Origin: Deltaproteobacteria bacterium
GTDB lineage: Bacteria > Desulfobacterota > Binatia > UTPRO1
Reading direction: 5' to 3'
Assembly: GCA_005879405.1 (NCBI GenBank)
Contig: VBKW01000036.1
Coordinates: 1 to 41,728, forward strand
DNA length: 41,728 nucleotides
Shown here: piece by piece, positions 22,421 through 32,223 of the stretch
Numbering within the stretch: the stretch's first letter is position 1
How the letters are laid out: each line of letters opens with the position of its first letter
Made by a program: the position numbers and the translations under genes
The notes under the pieces: model-generated
Database searches by the model: none
Told to the model about the DNA's origin: nothing
Seen by the model: the letters and a program-made list of their open reading frames with translations, nothing else

Positions 22421-24180
22421 TCAGTCGTACATTTGGTCGATCAGATTGCGGAAGCGCTCGGTCACGACCTTCCGTTTGACTTTGAGGCTCGGCGTCAGCT
22501 CGCCGGTCTCCTGTGCGAAGTCGCGGTCGAGAATGCGGAAGTATTTGATGCTCTCGTAGGACGCGAGCTGCTGGTTGACCGTTTGCACCTCGGTTTCGAT
22601 CAGCTCGACGACTTTCGGATGCTGGACGAGCGCCGTGCGATCGCCGACCTCGAGCTGCTGCGTGCGCGCGAACCGCTCGACCTCGTCGAGATCGACGGTC
22701 ACGAGCGCGACGCAGTACTTGCGGTTGTCGCCGATGACCACCGCCTGGCTGATGTGCGGCTGGGTCTTCAGGAGATTTTCGATGTTCTGCGGCGCGACGT
22801 ATTTGCCGCCCGAGGTCTTGATGAGATCCTTCTTACGGTCGGTGATGCGCAGGAAGCCGTCGGCGTCGATCTCGCCGATGTCGCCGGTGTGGAACCAGCC
22901 GTCGCGGTCCCAGCTCTCCGCCGTCGCTTCCGGCCGCTTGTAGTAGCCCTGCGCGATGTTCGGCCCCTTGGCGAGGAGGTCCCGAACTTGAAATGATCAG
23001 GGCGGTTCACAGTGAGGATCGGCGTCGTCTCGGTCAGGCCATAGCCTTCGAGGATGAGGATGCCGGCGGCGTGAAAGAACTCCATGATCTCCCGCGCCAG
23101 CGGTGCGCCGCCCGACACCATGAGACGAACGCGCCCGCCGAGCACCTGCCGGATGCGCGAGAAGACGAGAAAGTCCGCCACGGTCGACTGCCCCCACGTG
23201 AGAAGCGGCACCGGGCGGCGCTCCTGCTCGGCGAGACTGCGCTCACGGCCGGCGCCGACCGCCCAGTCGAAGACCATCTGCTTCACCGCGCTGCCCGACT
23301 CGCGGGTGCTCATGATGCGGGCGTAGATCTTCTCGAAGATGCGCGGCACCGACGGAATGACGTGCGGGCGCACCTCGGCGAGCTCGTGCGCGACGGCATC
23401 CACGGACGACGCGAATGCGGTCGTCGTCCCGATCCACAGACCGTGATACTCGAGCATGCGCGCGAACGAGTGCGCCAGCGGCAAGAACAAGAAATCGATT
23501 TCGCCCTCGCGCGCGAGCCCGATCGTCTCGACCGACTCGAGCGCCGCCAAGTGATTGCCGTGCGTCTGCATGACGCCCTTCGGCGGTCCGGTCGTGCCGG
23601 AGGTGTAGACGATCGTCGCCAGATCGTCGCGGCCCCGCTTCGCCATGCGTGCCGCGAGCGTCTCCTCGGCACGCTCGAGCGCGGCGCGGCCGCGTGCGCG
23701 AAGATCGCCGAGCGTGACGACGTCGCCGCCGTCGGCGTCACCCTCCATGAGGATCAGCCGCTCGACATGGACGGAGCAGCGCGTACCGTCGAGCTCGAAC
23801 CCTTCGCGCTCGGTCGTGCGGATCTTCTCGAGCTGCTTCGCGTTCTCGACGAAGCAGAAGCGTGATTCGGAATTGGCGAGGATGTACCCGCACTCGTGCG
23901 GAAGGCTCGATTGATAGATCGGCACCGAGACCGCGCCGCACGCGTACGTCGCGATGTCCGCCTCGACCCACTCCGGTCGCGTGGAGGCCAGGATCGCGAC
24001 CCGTTCTTCGGGCGCGAGCCCGAGCTCGAGGAGCCCGGCCGCGGTCTCGCGCACCGCCGTCGCGGTCTCCTCCCACGTGACCTCGCGCCATGCGCCGTCC
24101 CGCTTCACCGTGTAGCGTGGCTTGGCCGCGCGCACGGCAGCCCGATCGAAGAACATCTCCGCGAGATTGCGATACGCCAT
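22421..24180 (-). pseudogene. long-chain-fatty-acid--CoA ligase (AMP-dependent synthetase), frameshifted with an apparent deletion near 22980 (or assembly error)
   Basis: ATG 24180; YTSGTTGPPKG, GYGLTET, then FKFGT runs directly into another frame LLAKGPNIAQGYY..GWFHTGDIG..ITDRKKDLIKTSGGKYVAPQ..ELTPSLKVKR. The usual VG.P.PG..VRI..DGE segment is absent. Confidence 0.85.
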
Positions 24181-24194
24181 CCGCCGCTCCTTGC

Positions 24195-24689
24195 TCAGGC
24201 GTCGCGCTGCGGCATCTCTGCGACGGTTTCGTGCAACGTGACCAGTCCCACGATCTGATAGCTCCGCTTGCCGCCCGGCGTCTGCACCTCGACCTCGTCG
24301 CCGACGCCGCGATTCAACAGCGCGCGGCCGATCGGCGAGCTGAGCGAGATGGCGCCGCTCGCCGCGTCGACTTCCTCGGGAAACACGATGCGATACTCGA
24401 CCGTCGCGCCCTCCTCCACGTCCTCCACGGTCACCCGGCTGCCGTAGGCAACGACGTCGTGCGGAATCGACGCCAGCGTGTACATCGCGAGCTCCCGGAT
24501 CCGACCCTGCATCTGCCCGATGCGCGCGCGCACGAACTCTTGCCGCGATTTCGCCGCCTCGTACTCGGCGTTCTCGGAGAGGTCGCCGTGCGACGCCGCT
24601 TCTTGCAGCTCCTTCGGGAGCTTCACGTTGAGCTCGTGCAGGAGGTCCTGCAGCTCCTTTTTCAGGCGTGTGACGACCGGAAGTTCCAT
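24195..24689 (-). CDS. greA: transcription elongation factor GreA/GreB family
   Basis: HGDLSENAEYEAAK, ISLSSPIGRALL, VQTPGG. Confidence 0.9.
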   Translation of the reverse strand: MELPVVTRLKKELQDLLHELNVKLPKELQEAASHGDLSENAEYEAAKSRQEFVRARIGQMQGRIRELAMYTLASIPHDVVAYGSRVTVEDVEEGATVEYRIVFPEEVDAASGAISLSSPIGRALLNRGVGDEVEVQTPGGKRSYQIVGLVTLHETVAEMPQRDA

Positions 24690-24772
24690 CGATTTCCTCC
24701 GAAGGCGCGGATGCTAGCGAAATGCCATTTCGCAAGTCAAAAACATCCGACTCGCGCGGCAGCAGATATGTG

Positions 24773-25178
24773 CTAGCCGTTGCTCGCCAGGATCGATCGA
24801 ACGATCTCGGCGGCGCGTCGGCCGTCGTATTGGCCGGCGTGGCGCTCCTTGAGACGCGCCATGATCGGGCCCATGGCGTTCAGGCCGTCCGCGAGCCAGC
24901 TGCGGACGAGGTTCGTGAGCTCGGCGTCGTCGAGCTGCGCGGGAAGATACCGCATCAGGATGGCACGCTCGGCGGCATTTTGGGCGACGAGGTCCTCACG
25001 AGCGGCGGTGCGGGCGTAGCTCTCCGACGATCTCGGCGTCGTTCAGCTCCGCAACGCCGCGCTCGATGCGGAGATTCGCGATCGCGGCGAGCAGGCCGCG
25101 CAGCACGTACACGGTCGGCATGTCGCGCGCCTTCATGGCCGCCTGCAGGTCTTCGCGCAGCATTGCTTCGGTTGCCAT
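24773..25178 (-). pseudogene. GatB/YqeY domain protein, frameshifted with an apparent deletion near 25022 (or assembly error)
   Basis: LREDLQAAMKARD...LNDAEIVG, then another frame ESYARTAAREDLVAQNAAERAILMRYLPAQL...MGPIMARLK..GQYDG. The K..K.R.E helix is missing. Confidence 0.8.
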
Positions 25179-25228
25179 CCGTGGTCACCTCGCGCTGCCG
25201 ACCGCGTCCTGCGGCCGCCGCGTCCCGC

Positions 25229-25387
25229 TCAACGTTTGGTCGTGAAGACCTTCTCCTGTTTCACCCCGGGATCGTGGGAAGCCCACGCGAACCAGTTCTT
25301 CACCTCCATGAAGAACGCGTCCTTCTCGTACGCATACCAATACATGGATGCCAGCCCGAGCAGCAGGCCGGTCAGAAAACGTCGCAT
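25229..25387 (-). CDS. small hypothetical membrane-anchored protein, 52 aa
   Basis: MRRFLTGLLLGLASMYWYAYEKDAFFMEVKNWFAWASHDPGVKQEKVFTTKR; SD AGAAAGGA upstream; N-terminal hydrophobic helix; GC-rich third positions. Confidence 0.65.
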   Translation of the reverse strand: MRRFLTGLLLGLASMYWYAYEKDAFFMEVKNWFAWASHDPGVKQEKVFTTKR

Positions 25388-25479
25388 AGCGCCGTCCTTT
25401 CTGCCCCTCCGGCACTGCCCGGCGAAAAAGTGTAGCGGCGGGATTGCGGTCCTGTCCAGCCGCTTTCGGCGCCGAGGCG

Positions 25480-25851
25480 CTACTCTCGGCGGCGTGTCGG
25501 CGGCGGCGCGACGTCGCCCGCGGGGCGCGTCGTCGAAGCGGCGCCCGGGCTGCGCTCGCGGAGCCGGCGAACGTCGGCCACCGTCTGGCGCGGGGCGACC
25601 CCCATGTCGGCGAGGAGCCGGTTCGCCATGTCGGCGGTGATCTGGTCTCGAATCGACCCCTGCCCGTCGAGATCCGTCGTCAACACGGCCTCGATCTTCG
25701 CGCGCGCGACCCCGGTCGCGATGAGCTGATCGAGCAGCTGGCTCAATCCCACCTCACCGCGGCAGCGGGCGTAGAGGTCGAGCAGCGTGCCGCAGTCGTC
25801 GCATTGGCGGCGCATCACGCCGGCGCGTTCTCCGCAATATCGACATCGCAC
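25480..25851 (-). CDS. hypothetical protein with N-terminal CxxC-x9-CxxC (start uncertain)
   Basis: CRYCGERAGVMRRQCDDC followed by a helical region; fills the gap opposite comF. Confidence 0.6.
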   Translation of the reverse strand: MRCRYCGERAGVMRRQCDDCGTLLDLYARCRGEVGLSQLLDQLIATGVARAKIEAVLTTDLDGQGSIRDQITADMANRLLADMGVAPRQTVADVRRLRERSPGAASTTRPAGDVAPPPTRRRE

Positions 25852-25915
25852 GTTGCACCGCCCGTCCCCGTCGCATACGGTTCGTGCGCCCTCGGCTCGT
25901 GCGGAGATCCTCCGC

Positions 25916-26668
25916 ATGCGATCCGCCATCCGACGCGTCGCTTCCGCAGCGCTCGACGCGCTCTGCCCGGAGCGCTGCGCGGCGTGCGGCGTCGTCGTCG
26001 CGACGCACGACCTCTTTTGTCACGCGTGTCGCGACGCGGTCAACGTACTCGGTCCGCCGGAGTGCGAGCGCTGCGGCCGTCCCCTCGCGGTGGGCGCTGC
26101 GTGCGCGCCCTGCGTGCTCGAAGACGGCGCCATCCGTCAGGCCCGCGCGTTCGCGCGCTACGAGACCGGCGTCGTCGGTCATCCCGTCGCGCGCGCCCTG
26201 CACGCGTTCAAGTACGCCGGCACGTGGCGCTTCGCCGCGCGGCTCGCCGCCGCAATGCTGACGCGCGTGCCGGCGACCCAAGCAGCCGGCGCGCCACTCG
26301 TCGTGCCCGTGCCGCTGCACCCCGCCCGCCTCCGCGCTCGCGGCTACAATCAGAGCGCGATGCTCGCGCGGCACATTGCCCGCGCGCGCCGCTGGCCGAT
26401 CGTACTCACGCTGCTCGTCCGCACGCGCGATACGCCGTCGCAGACCGCGCTCACCGCCGCTGCGCGCCGCGCGAACGTCGCCGACGCGTTCGCCGTTCGG
26501 CATCCCGGCGCCGCCCGCGAGCGCGCCATCCTCCTCGTCGACGACGTCTGGACGTCGGGCGCGACGGCGCACGCCGCTGTGGCCGCGCTTCGCCGTGACG
26601 GCGCCCGCGTCGTCGACGTGCTCACCTTCGCGCGCGTCGCCGACCCGCGCTATGAGACGGGCACGTGA
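25916..26668 (+). CDS. comF: ComF family protein (double zinc ribbon + PRTase-like domain)
   Basis: Four CxxC pairs, VPVPLHPARLRARGYNQS, LLVDDVWTSGAT. Confidence 0.9.
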   Translation: MRSAIRRVASAALDALCPERCAACGVVVATHDLFCHACRDAVNVLGPPECERCGRPLAVGAACAPCVLEDGAIRQARAFARYETGVVGHPVARALHAFKYAGTWRFAARLAAAMLTRVPATQAAGAPLVVPVPLHPARLRARGYNQSAMLARHIARARRWPIVLTLLVRTRDTPSQTALTAAARRANVADAFAVRHPGAARERAILLVDDVWTSGATAHAAVAALRRDGARVVDVLTFARVADPRYETGT

Positions 26669-27387
26669 GGGACGCGCATCGTGACGAGTGGGAGGAGCGC
26701 CATCGCCGCGGCGGGGTCGCCACCGCGCCGTCGCCGTTCGTCGCCAGCGCGCTCGACCTGATCGTGCGGCGCCACGCGGCGGCGGGCGAGACGTGCGGTC
26801 ACGGCGCGGCGGGCGACGCGCGGCGGGAGCCGACCATGGTCGAGCCGCGCGCGCTCGACGTCGCCTGCGGCGCCGGGCGTCACGCGCTGCTCCTCGCGGC
26901 ACGCGGCTACCATGTCCTCGCGTTCGATTTCGCACGCCCGGCGCTCGTCGCGCTGCGCGCTGCTGCGGCGAGGGTCGGCGCGCAGCGCAGGATCGACGTC
27001 GTCGCCGCCGATGCGACGTCGTGGCCCGTGCGACCGGCGTCCTTCGACATCGTCGTCGTCGTCGATTTCCTCGAGCGCGCGCTCTTCCCCGACCTCCGCG
27101 CCGCCGTCGCACCGGGCGGCGTGCTGGTGATGGAAACCTTCATGGTCGGCCAGGAGCGGCACGGCCATCCGCGCAATCCGGCGTACTTGCTCCGTCCCGG
27201 CGAGCTGCGCGACGCATGCCGTGGATGGACGGTCCTCCTCGCGCACGAGGGTGAGAGCACGGCGGGCGCGGCGGCGTGTCGCGCCGGCATCGTCGCCCAG
27301 CGGCCGCGTGAGGCGCGGTTCGGAGAGCGCACGCGGCCGCGCGACGTTGACAGCACGGAGCCTTTCGGGTCCTATCCGCGTCGATGA
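26665..27387 (+). CDS. class I SAM-dependent methyltransferase (TehB-like)
   Basis: ALDVACGAGRHA, FDIVVVVDFLER, PGGVLVMETF, YLLRPGEL. Confidence 0.85.
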   Translation: MRDAHRDEWEERHRRGGVATAPSPFVASALDLIVRRHAAAGETCGHGAAGDARREPTMVEPRALDVACGAGRHALLLAARGYHVLAFDFARPALVALRAAAARVGAQRRIDVVAADATSWPVRPASFDIVVVVDFLERALFPDLRAAVAPGGVLVMETFMVGQERHGHPRNPAYLLRPGELRDACRGWTVLLAHEGESTAGAAACRAGIVAQRPREARFGERTRPRDVDSTEPFGSYPRR

Positions 27388-28421
27388 CGGCAGGCGCGAC
27401 GTACGCCGCGGCAGGCGTCGACATCGACGCCGGCGAGCGCCTCGTGCGGCGGATCGCGCCCCTCGCCCGCGGCACACGCCGGCCCGAGATCCTCGCCGGC
27501 GTCGGCGGCTTCGCGGCGTTGGCGCGGATTCCGCGCCGCTACCGCGACCCGCTGCTCGTCACCTGTACGGACGGCGTCGGCACGAAGCTGCGCATCGCCT
27601 TCGCCCTCGATCGTCACGACACGATTGGCATCGATCTCGTCGCGATGAGCGTCAACGATCTCCTCACCGTCGGCGCCGAGCCGCTCCTCTTCCTCGACTA
27701 CTTCGCGACCGGCGCGCTCGACGTCCGTCGCGGCACGGCGCTCGTGCGCGGCATCGCCCGCGGCTGTCGGCTCGCCGGCTGCAGCCTCGTCGGCGGCGAG
27801 ACCGCCGAGCTGCCGTCCTTCTACGGGCGCGGCGAGTACGACGTCGCCGGCTTCGCCCTCGGTGTGGTGGAGCGCCGGCGCGTGATCGACGGCCGGCGCA
27901 TCCGTCCCGGCGACGTGCTGGTTGGGCTGCCGTCGGCGGGCTTGCATAGCAACGGCTACGCGCTCGCGCGCGCCGTGCTCCTCGAGCGCGCGCGCCTCGC
28001 GCTCGAGTCGGTGCCGCCGGGCCTGCGTGTGCCCCTCGGCGTCGAGCTCCTGCGGCCGACGCGCATCTACGTCCGACCGGTGTTGGGCCTCCTCGCGAAG
28101 GTACCCCAAGCGGTGCGCGGCATGGCGCACATCACCGGCGGCGGTCTCCCCGGCAACGTCCCGCGCGTCCTGCCCGCGGGTTGCCGCGCCGTGGTCCGAC
28201 GCGGCTCGTGGCGGACGCCGCCGATCTTCGCGCTCATCGCGCGACTCGGAGGCGTTGCGCGCCCCGAGATGGACCGCACCTTCAACAACGGCATCGGCTT
28301 CGTGCTCGTCGTCGCTCGCACCGACGCGGATCGCGCCGTCGCCCACCTCCGCGCGCGCCGGCTGCGCCCGGTCGTCATCGGCGAGATCGTGCGCGGCAAG
28401 CCGGGAATCGACTTCGTCTGA
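27384..28421 (+). CDS. purM: phosphoribosylformylglycinamidine cyclo-ligase (AIR synthase)
   Basis: YAAAGVDIDAG, TDGVGTK, GGETAELP, GLHSNGY, AHITGGG. Confidence 0.96.
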   Translation: MTAGATYAAAGVDIDAGERLVRRIAPLARGTRRPEILAGVGGFAALARIPRRYRDPLLVTCTDGVGTKLRIAFALDRHDTIGIDLVAMSVNDLLTVGAEPLLFLDYFATGALDVRRGTALVRGIARGCRLAGCSLVGGETAELPSFYGRGEYDVAGFALGVVERRRVIDGRRIRPGDVLVGLPSAGLHSNGYALARAVLLERARLALESVPPGLRVPLGVELLRPTRIYVRPVLGLLAKVPQAVRGMAHITGGGLPGNVPRVLPAGCRAVVRRGSWRTPPIFALIARLGGVARPEMDRTFNNGIGFVLVVARTDADRAVAHLRARRLRPVVIGEIVRGKPGIDFV

Positions 28422-29095
28422 TGGCACGGCCGCTCGCGCTCGGCGTCCTGCTCTCCGGCGGCGGCACCAACCTCCAGGCATTGATCGACGCGATCGCTGC
28501 GCGCGCGCTCGACGCGCGCATCGGCGTCGTCGTCAGCAACCAAGCCGCCGCCGGCGGCCTCGCCCGCGCCCGCACGCACGGCATCCCGTCGGTCGTCGTG
28601 CCGCACGGCGATTTCCCGTCGCGCGCGGCGTTCGACACCCGGCTCGTCGAGGTCCTGCACGCGCACGGCGTCGAGCTCGTCGTGCTCGCCGGCTTCATGC
28701 GCCTCGTGACGCCGGTGCTGCTCGGCGCGTTTCCGGCCCGCGTCCTCAACATCCATCCCGCCCTGCTGCCGTCGTTTCCCGGTTTGCACGCGGAGCGCCA
28801 AGCCTTGGAGCACGGCGCGCGCGTGACCGGCGTCACCGTCCACTTCGTCGACGAGCACGCCGACCACGGCCCGATCATTCTCCAGATCGCGGTGCCGATC
28901 CTTCCCGACGACGACGAGGAGCGGCTCCATCTCCGCATCCAGCGTCAGGAGCACCGCGCGTACGCGCAGGCGATCCAATGGATCGCCGAGGGCCGCATCC
29001 GCATCGACGGCCGGCACGTCCTCGTCGACGGCGCGCCGATCGACGCCGACGCGACGCTCGCGAGCCCCGGCGTCTCTCAGCGCACGTCGTCGTAG
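28421..29095 (+). CDS. purN: phosphoribosylglycinamide formyltransferase
   Basis: LLSGGGTNLQA, LAGFMR, LNIHPALLPSFPG, TVHFVDE..DHGPII; ATG overlaps the purM TGA. Confidence 0.96.
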   Translation: MARPLALGVLLSGGGTNLQALIDAIAARALDARIGVVVSNQAAAGGLARARTHGIPSVVVPHGDFPSRAAFDTRLVEVLHAHGVELVVLAGFMRLVTPVLLGAFPARVLNIHPALLPSFPGLHAERQALEHGARVTGVTVHFVDEHADHGPIILQIAVPILPDDDEERLHLRIQRQEHRAYAQAIQWIAEGRIRIDGRHVLVDGAPIDADATLASPGVSQRTSS

Positions 29096-29754
29096 AGCCG
29101 CCGCAGGCGCGCCGGCGAGACGCCGAGTGCGTGCGCCAGGCGCAGCCCCCACATCAACGCGACGGTGCGCAGCGGCCCGCGCCGTTCCCAGCGTCGACCC
29201 GAGGTGACGACGCGGGCGCGCAGGCACGCCGCGCGTCCGCGACGCTTGAGCGCCGCCGTGAAGCGCACGTCCTCGAAGAGCGGTACCGTGGCGTAGCCGC
29301 CGAGCGCCTCGAACGCGACGCGGCGCACGAATATCGCCTGGTCGCCGGTCGCGATCCCCGTCCAGCGCGACCGCCAGTTCATCCCGGCGGCGACGAGCGG
29401 CAGCCAGCGGCTCGTGCCGTCGAGGTGCACGTCGAAGCGGCCGCCGACGACGCCGGGATCCGCGAGCGCGTCGGCGATCGCGACGTCGAAGCCGCGCGGC
29501 AGCAGCGTGTCGGCGTGGAGAAAGAGCAGCGTGTCCCCGCTCGCCGCCGCCGCGCCGGCATTCATCTGCGACGCCCGTCCCGCCGGCGCCCGCAGCACGC
29601 GGTCGGCGTCGCGCGCCGCGACCTCGCTCGTGCGATCACGACTGCCGCCGTCGACGACGATGACCTCGTGCACGTGCCCGCTGCGCACGCGCGCGAGCGT
29701 CGCGCCGATCGTGCGCTCCTCGTCGAGCGCCGGCACGATCACGGACAGTCGCAC
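29077..29754 (-). CDS. GT2 glycosyltransferase, TIGR04283-like
   Basis: SVIVPALDEE, VVDGGSRD, GRASQMNAGA, LFLHADT, TGDQAIFV, PLFEDV, TSGRRW. Confidence 0.88.
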   Translation of the reverse strand: MRLSVIVPALDEERTIGATLARVRSGHVHEVIVVDGGSRDRTSEVAARDADRVLRAPAGRASQMNAGAAAASGDTLLFLHADTLLPRGFDVAIADALADPGVVGGRFDVHLDGTSRWLPLVAAGMNWRSRWTGIATGDQAIFVRRVAFEALGGYATVPLFEDVRFTAALKRRGRAACLRARVVTSGRRWERRGPLRTVALMWGLRLAHALGVSPARLRRLYDDVR

Positions 29755-29792
29755 GCGCCGGTGTATGGACGTGCGGCGCGCGATGTCAAACC

Positions 29793-29933
29793 GTACTGGG
29801 CCGATTTGCTTCGCGATACTTCGTTGCTCGGGCGCTCCTGCTCGGCGTAGCGCTGCTACGCCTGCGCTGCTTGTCCTCGCTTGACGAGGGCTCGCTTCCC
29901 TCGCGCCTCGTCTCGCTCGCAACTCGACCCAGT
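29793..29933. repeat. Palindromic REP/MITE-like element, copy 2 (inverted, with an extra internal hairpin)
   Basis: Reverse complement aligns to 22296-22419; extra cctcgcttgacgagg segment; sits in the divergent promoter region. Confidence 0.8.
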
Positions 29934-29967
29934 CGAAATCGTTGCGCCCGTCTGGTACCCCTGGCGC

Positions 29968-30651
29968 GTGACCGATCCCGCGCTCCGCGCGTTGCTCCTC
30001 GACTACGGTGGAACGCTCGACGGCGACGCGCGGCACTGGTTCGATCATTTTCTCGAGCTCTACGCGCGCTGCGGCGTCGCGCTCTCGGCCGCGGCGTTGA
30101 AGCCGGCGTTCTATGCCGCCGACGAGGCGCTCGCGGCGGAGCCGGACGTGCGTCACTTCGGACTCGAACGCATGACGGACGCGCACGTGCGCTTGCAGCT
30201 CGCGGCGCTCGGACACACCGACGCCGCCCTGGTGCGACGGCTCGTCGACGCCTTCGTCGCTGACACGCGCGCCGCGTGGGAGCGGAATCGGCCCCTGCTG
30301 CAGCGGCTCGCACGCGCGTTGCGGCTCGGCGTCGTGTCGAACTCGTACGGCAACATGCCGGCGCTGCTCGCCGAGGCGGCGCTGGCGCCGTTCGAGGTGA
30401 TCATCGACTCAGCCCTGGTCGGCCTCCGCAAGCCCGATCCGGCGATCTACACGCTCGCCGCGCGCCGTCTCGACCTCCCGCCGGCGGCGATCCTCCACGT
30501 CGGCGACTCGTGGGAGCGCGACGTGGTCCCGGCCGTCGCGGCGGGAATGCGCGCCGTGTGGCTGGCGGCGCCGGACGCACCGGCGCCAGCCGTGCTCGCT
30601 CGTGTCACCCGCATCGCGTCGCTGCGCGAGCTGGAGGCGGTCGTCGCATGA
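29968..30651 (+). CDS. HAD-superfamily hydrolase
   Basis: LDYGGTLD, VVSN, GLRKPDPAIY, HVGDSWERDV. Confidence 0.88.
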   Translation: MTDPALRALLLDYGGTLDGDARHWFDHFLELYARCGVALSAAALKPAFYAADEALAAEPDVRHFGLERMTDAHVRLQLAALGHTDAALVRRLVDAFVADTRAAWERNRPLLQRLARALRLGVVSNSYGNMPALLAEAALAPFEVIIDSALVGLRKPDPAIYTLAARRLDLPPAAILHVGDSWERDVVPAVAAGMRAVWLAAPDAPAPAVLARVTRIASLRELEAVVA

Positions 30652-31355
30652 GAGCGGGCATCATCGCCGCCGGGCTCGGTGAGCGCCTCCGCCGCGCCGG
30701 CATCACGACGCCGAAGCCGCTCCTCGCGATCGGCGGCGAGCCGCTCATCGCGCGCGCGATCGCCACGGTGCGCACCGCCGGCGCGACCAGCGTCGCGTGC
30801 ATCGTGAACGCCGAGACCGATCAGGTGCGACGCTTCCTCGCCGAGACGGACTTCGGCGTCCCCGTGCACGTCGTGCAGCGTACGACCGCGAGCTCGGCGG
30901 AGAGCTTTCTCGCGCTGCGGCCGCTCCTCGACGGCGCGCCGTTCCTCCTGTCGACGGTCGACGCCGTGATCGCCCCCGCCGCCGTCGCCGCGTTGGTGCG
31001 CGCGGCGACCGCGCATCGGGACGCCGCCGGCGTTCTCGGCGTCACGACCGTCGTCGACGACGAGAAGCCGCTCTGGGCGGAGCTCGGCGCCGACGATCGC
31101 ATCGTGACGCTCGGCGACGCCGCGCGTGCGCGCCACGTAACAGCCGGCGTTTACTTCCTGAAACCGCTGGTATATTCGCTCGCTGATGCGTACGGAGCCG
31201 GCAGTTGGAGCGCATTTCGCCGCGTGCTCTGCGCACTTTTGGAGCACGGTCACGTGCTCTACGGCTACGACGTCGGCCCGAGCGTCGACGTCGATCGCCC
31301 CGAGGACGTCGCCGCGGCGGAGCGGCTGCTCGGCCTGACCGGCCGCGCGGGGTGA
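30648..31355 (+). CDS. nucleotidyltransferase (NTP_transferase family)
   Basis: IIAAGLGERL...PKPLL.IGGEPLI, STVD, DVDRPEDV; ATGA overlap with the HAD gene. Confidence 0.88.
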   Translation: MRAGIIAAGLGERLRRAGITTPKPLLAIGGEPLIARAIATVRTAGATSVACIVNAETDQVRRFLAETDFGVPVHVVQRTTASSAESFLALRPLLDGAPFLLSTVDAVIAPAAVAALVRAATAHRDAAGVLGVTTVVDDEKPLWAELGADDRIVTLGDAARARHVTAGVYFLKPLVYSLADAYGAGSWSAFRRVLCALLEHGHVLYGYDVGPSVDVDRPEDVAAAERLLGLTGRAG

Positions 31356-31359
31356 CCGC

Positions 31360-32193
31360 ATGCCGACGATCGTGGGCGTGTTTCGCGAGGCGGAGTATTC
31401 ACCCGGCAAGGTCGAGGACGATGCCGCCATCCTCGAGCGCACCGCCGCGGCGCTCACCGGCCGCGGCTTCGCCGTCCGTCTCGGCGAGCCCGCGCTCGCG
31501 CTCGCCGACGATGTCGACGCGGTGCTCGCGATGTGCCAATCGCCGGCGGCGCTCGCCGTCCTCGATGCCGCGGCGGCTCGCGTACCGGTCGTGAACGCAC
31601 CGGTCGCGATCCGCAACTGCTTCCGCACCGAGACCGTCCGCTTGCTCGCGGCGGCCGTGCCGTTTCCGGCGACGACGATCGTCGCCACCGACGCGCCGGA
31701 CGCAGTCGATCCGGCTGGGGTCGGGACGCCGTGCTGGGTGAAACGGGGCGACGTCCATGCGATGGAGCGCGACGACGTCGTCTTCGCCGCCGACGGCGCG
31801 GCGCTCGGCGCCGCGCTGGCGCGCCTGCGCGCGCGGGGAATCGTCGCGGCGGCGGTGCAGGCGCACGTCGCGGGACCCGTCGTCAAGTTCTACGGCGTCG
31901 CCGACGGCCGCTTCTTCCGTTGCTACACCGACGGCGCCGACGTGCCGGCGCCGGTCGAGCGCTTGTGGACGGCCGCACGTGCCGGCGCCGCCCTGCTCGG
32001 CCTCGACGTCTTCGGCGGCGATCTCGTCGTCACGCCGGAGGGCGAGCCGGTCTTGATCGACGTCAACGACTGGCCGAGCTTCGCGCGTTGCCGCGACGAG
32101 GCCGCGGACGCCATCGCGGGCTACCTTGCCGATCGCGTGGCGGTGCGCCGTCAACCGCACCGGGCGTCGGCGCCACGGCGGGTACACGCATGA
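31360..32193 (+). CDS. ATP-grasp-fold protein (possible cyclitol kinase or ligase)
   Basis: WVKRGDVH, VQAHVAGPVVKFYGV, LGLDVFGGDLVV, LIDVNDWPSF. Confidence 0.7.
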   Translation: MPTIVGVFREAEYSPGKVEDDAAILERTAAALTGRGFAVRLGEPALALADDVDAVLAMCQSPAALAVLDAAAARVPVVNAPVAIRNCFRTETVRLLAAAVPFPATTIVATDAPDAVDPAGVGTPCWVKRGDVHAMERDDVVFAADGAALGAALARLRARGIVAAAVQAHVAGPVVKFYGVADGRFFRCYTDGADVPAPVERLWTAARAGAALLGLDVFGGDLVVTPEGEPVLIDVNDWPSFARCRDEAADAIAGYLADRVAVRRQPHRASAPRRVHA

Positions 32194-32223
32194 CGCGCCC
32201 CGGCGCATCGAGAAGGGATTCGC

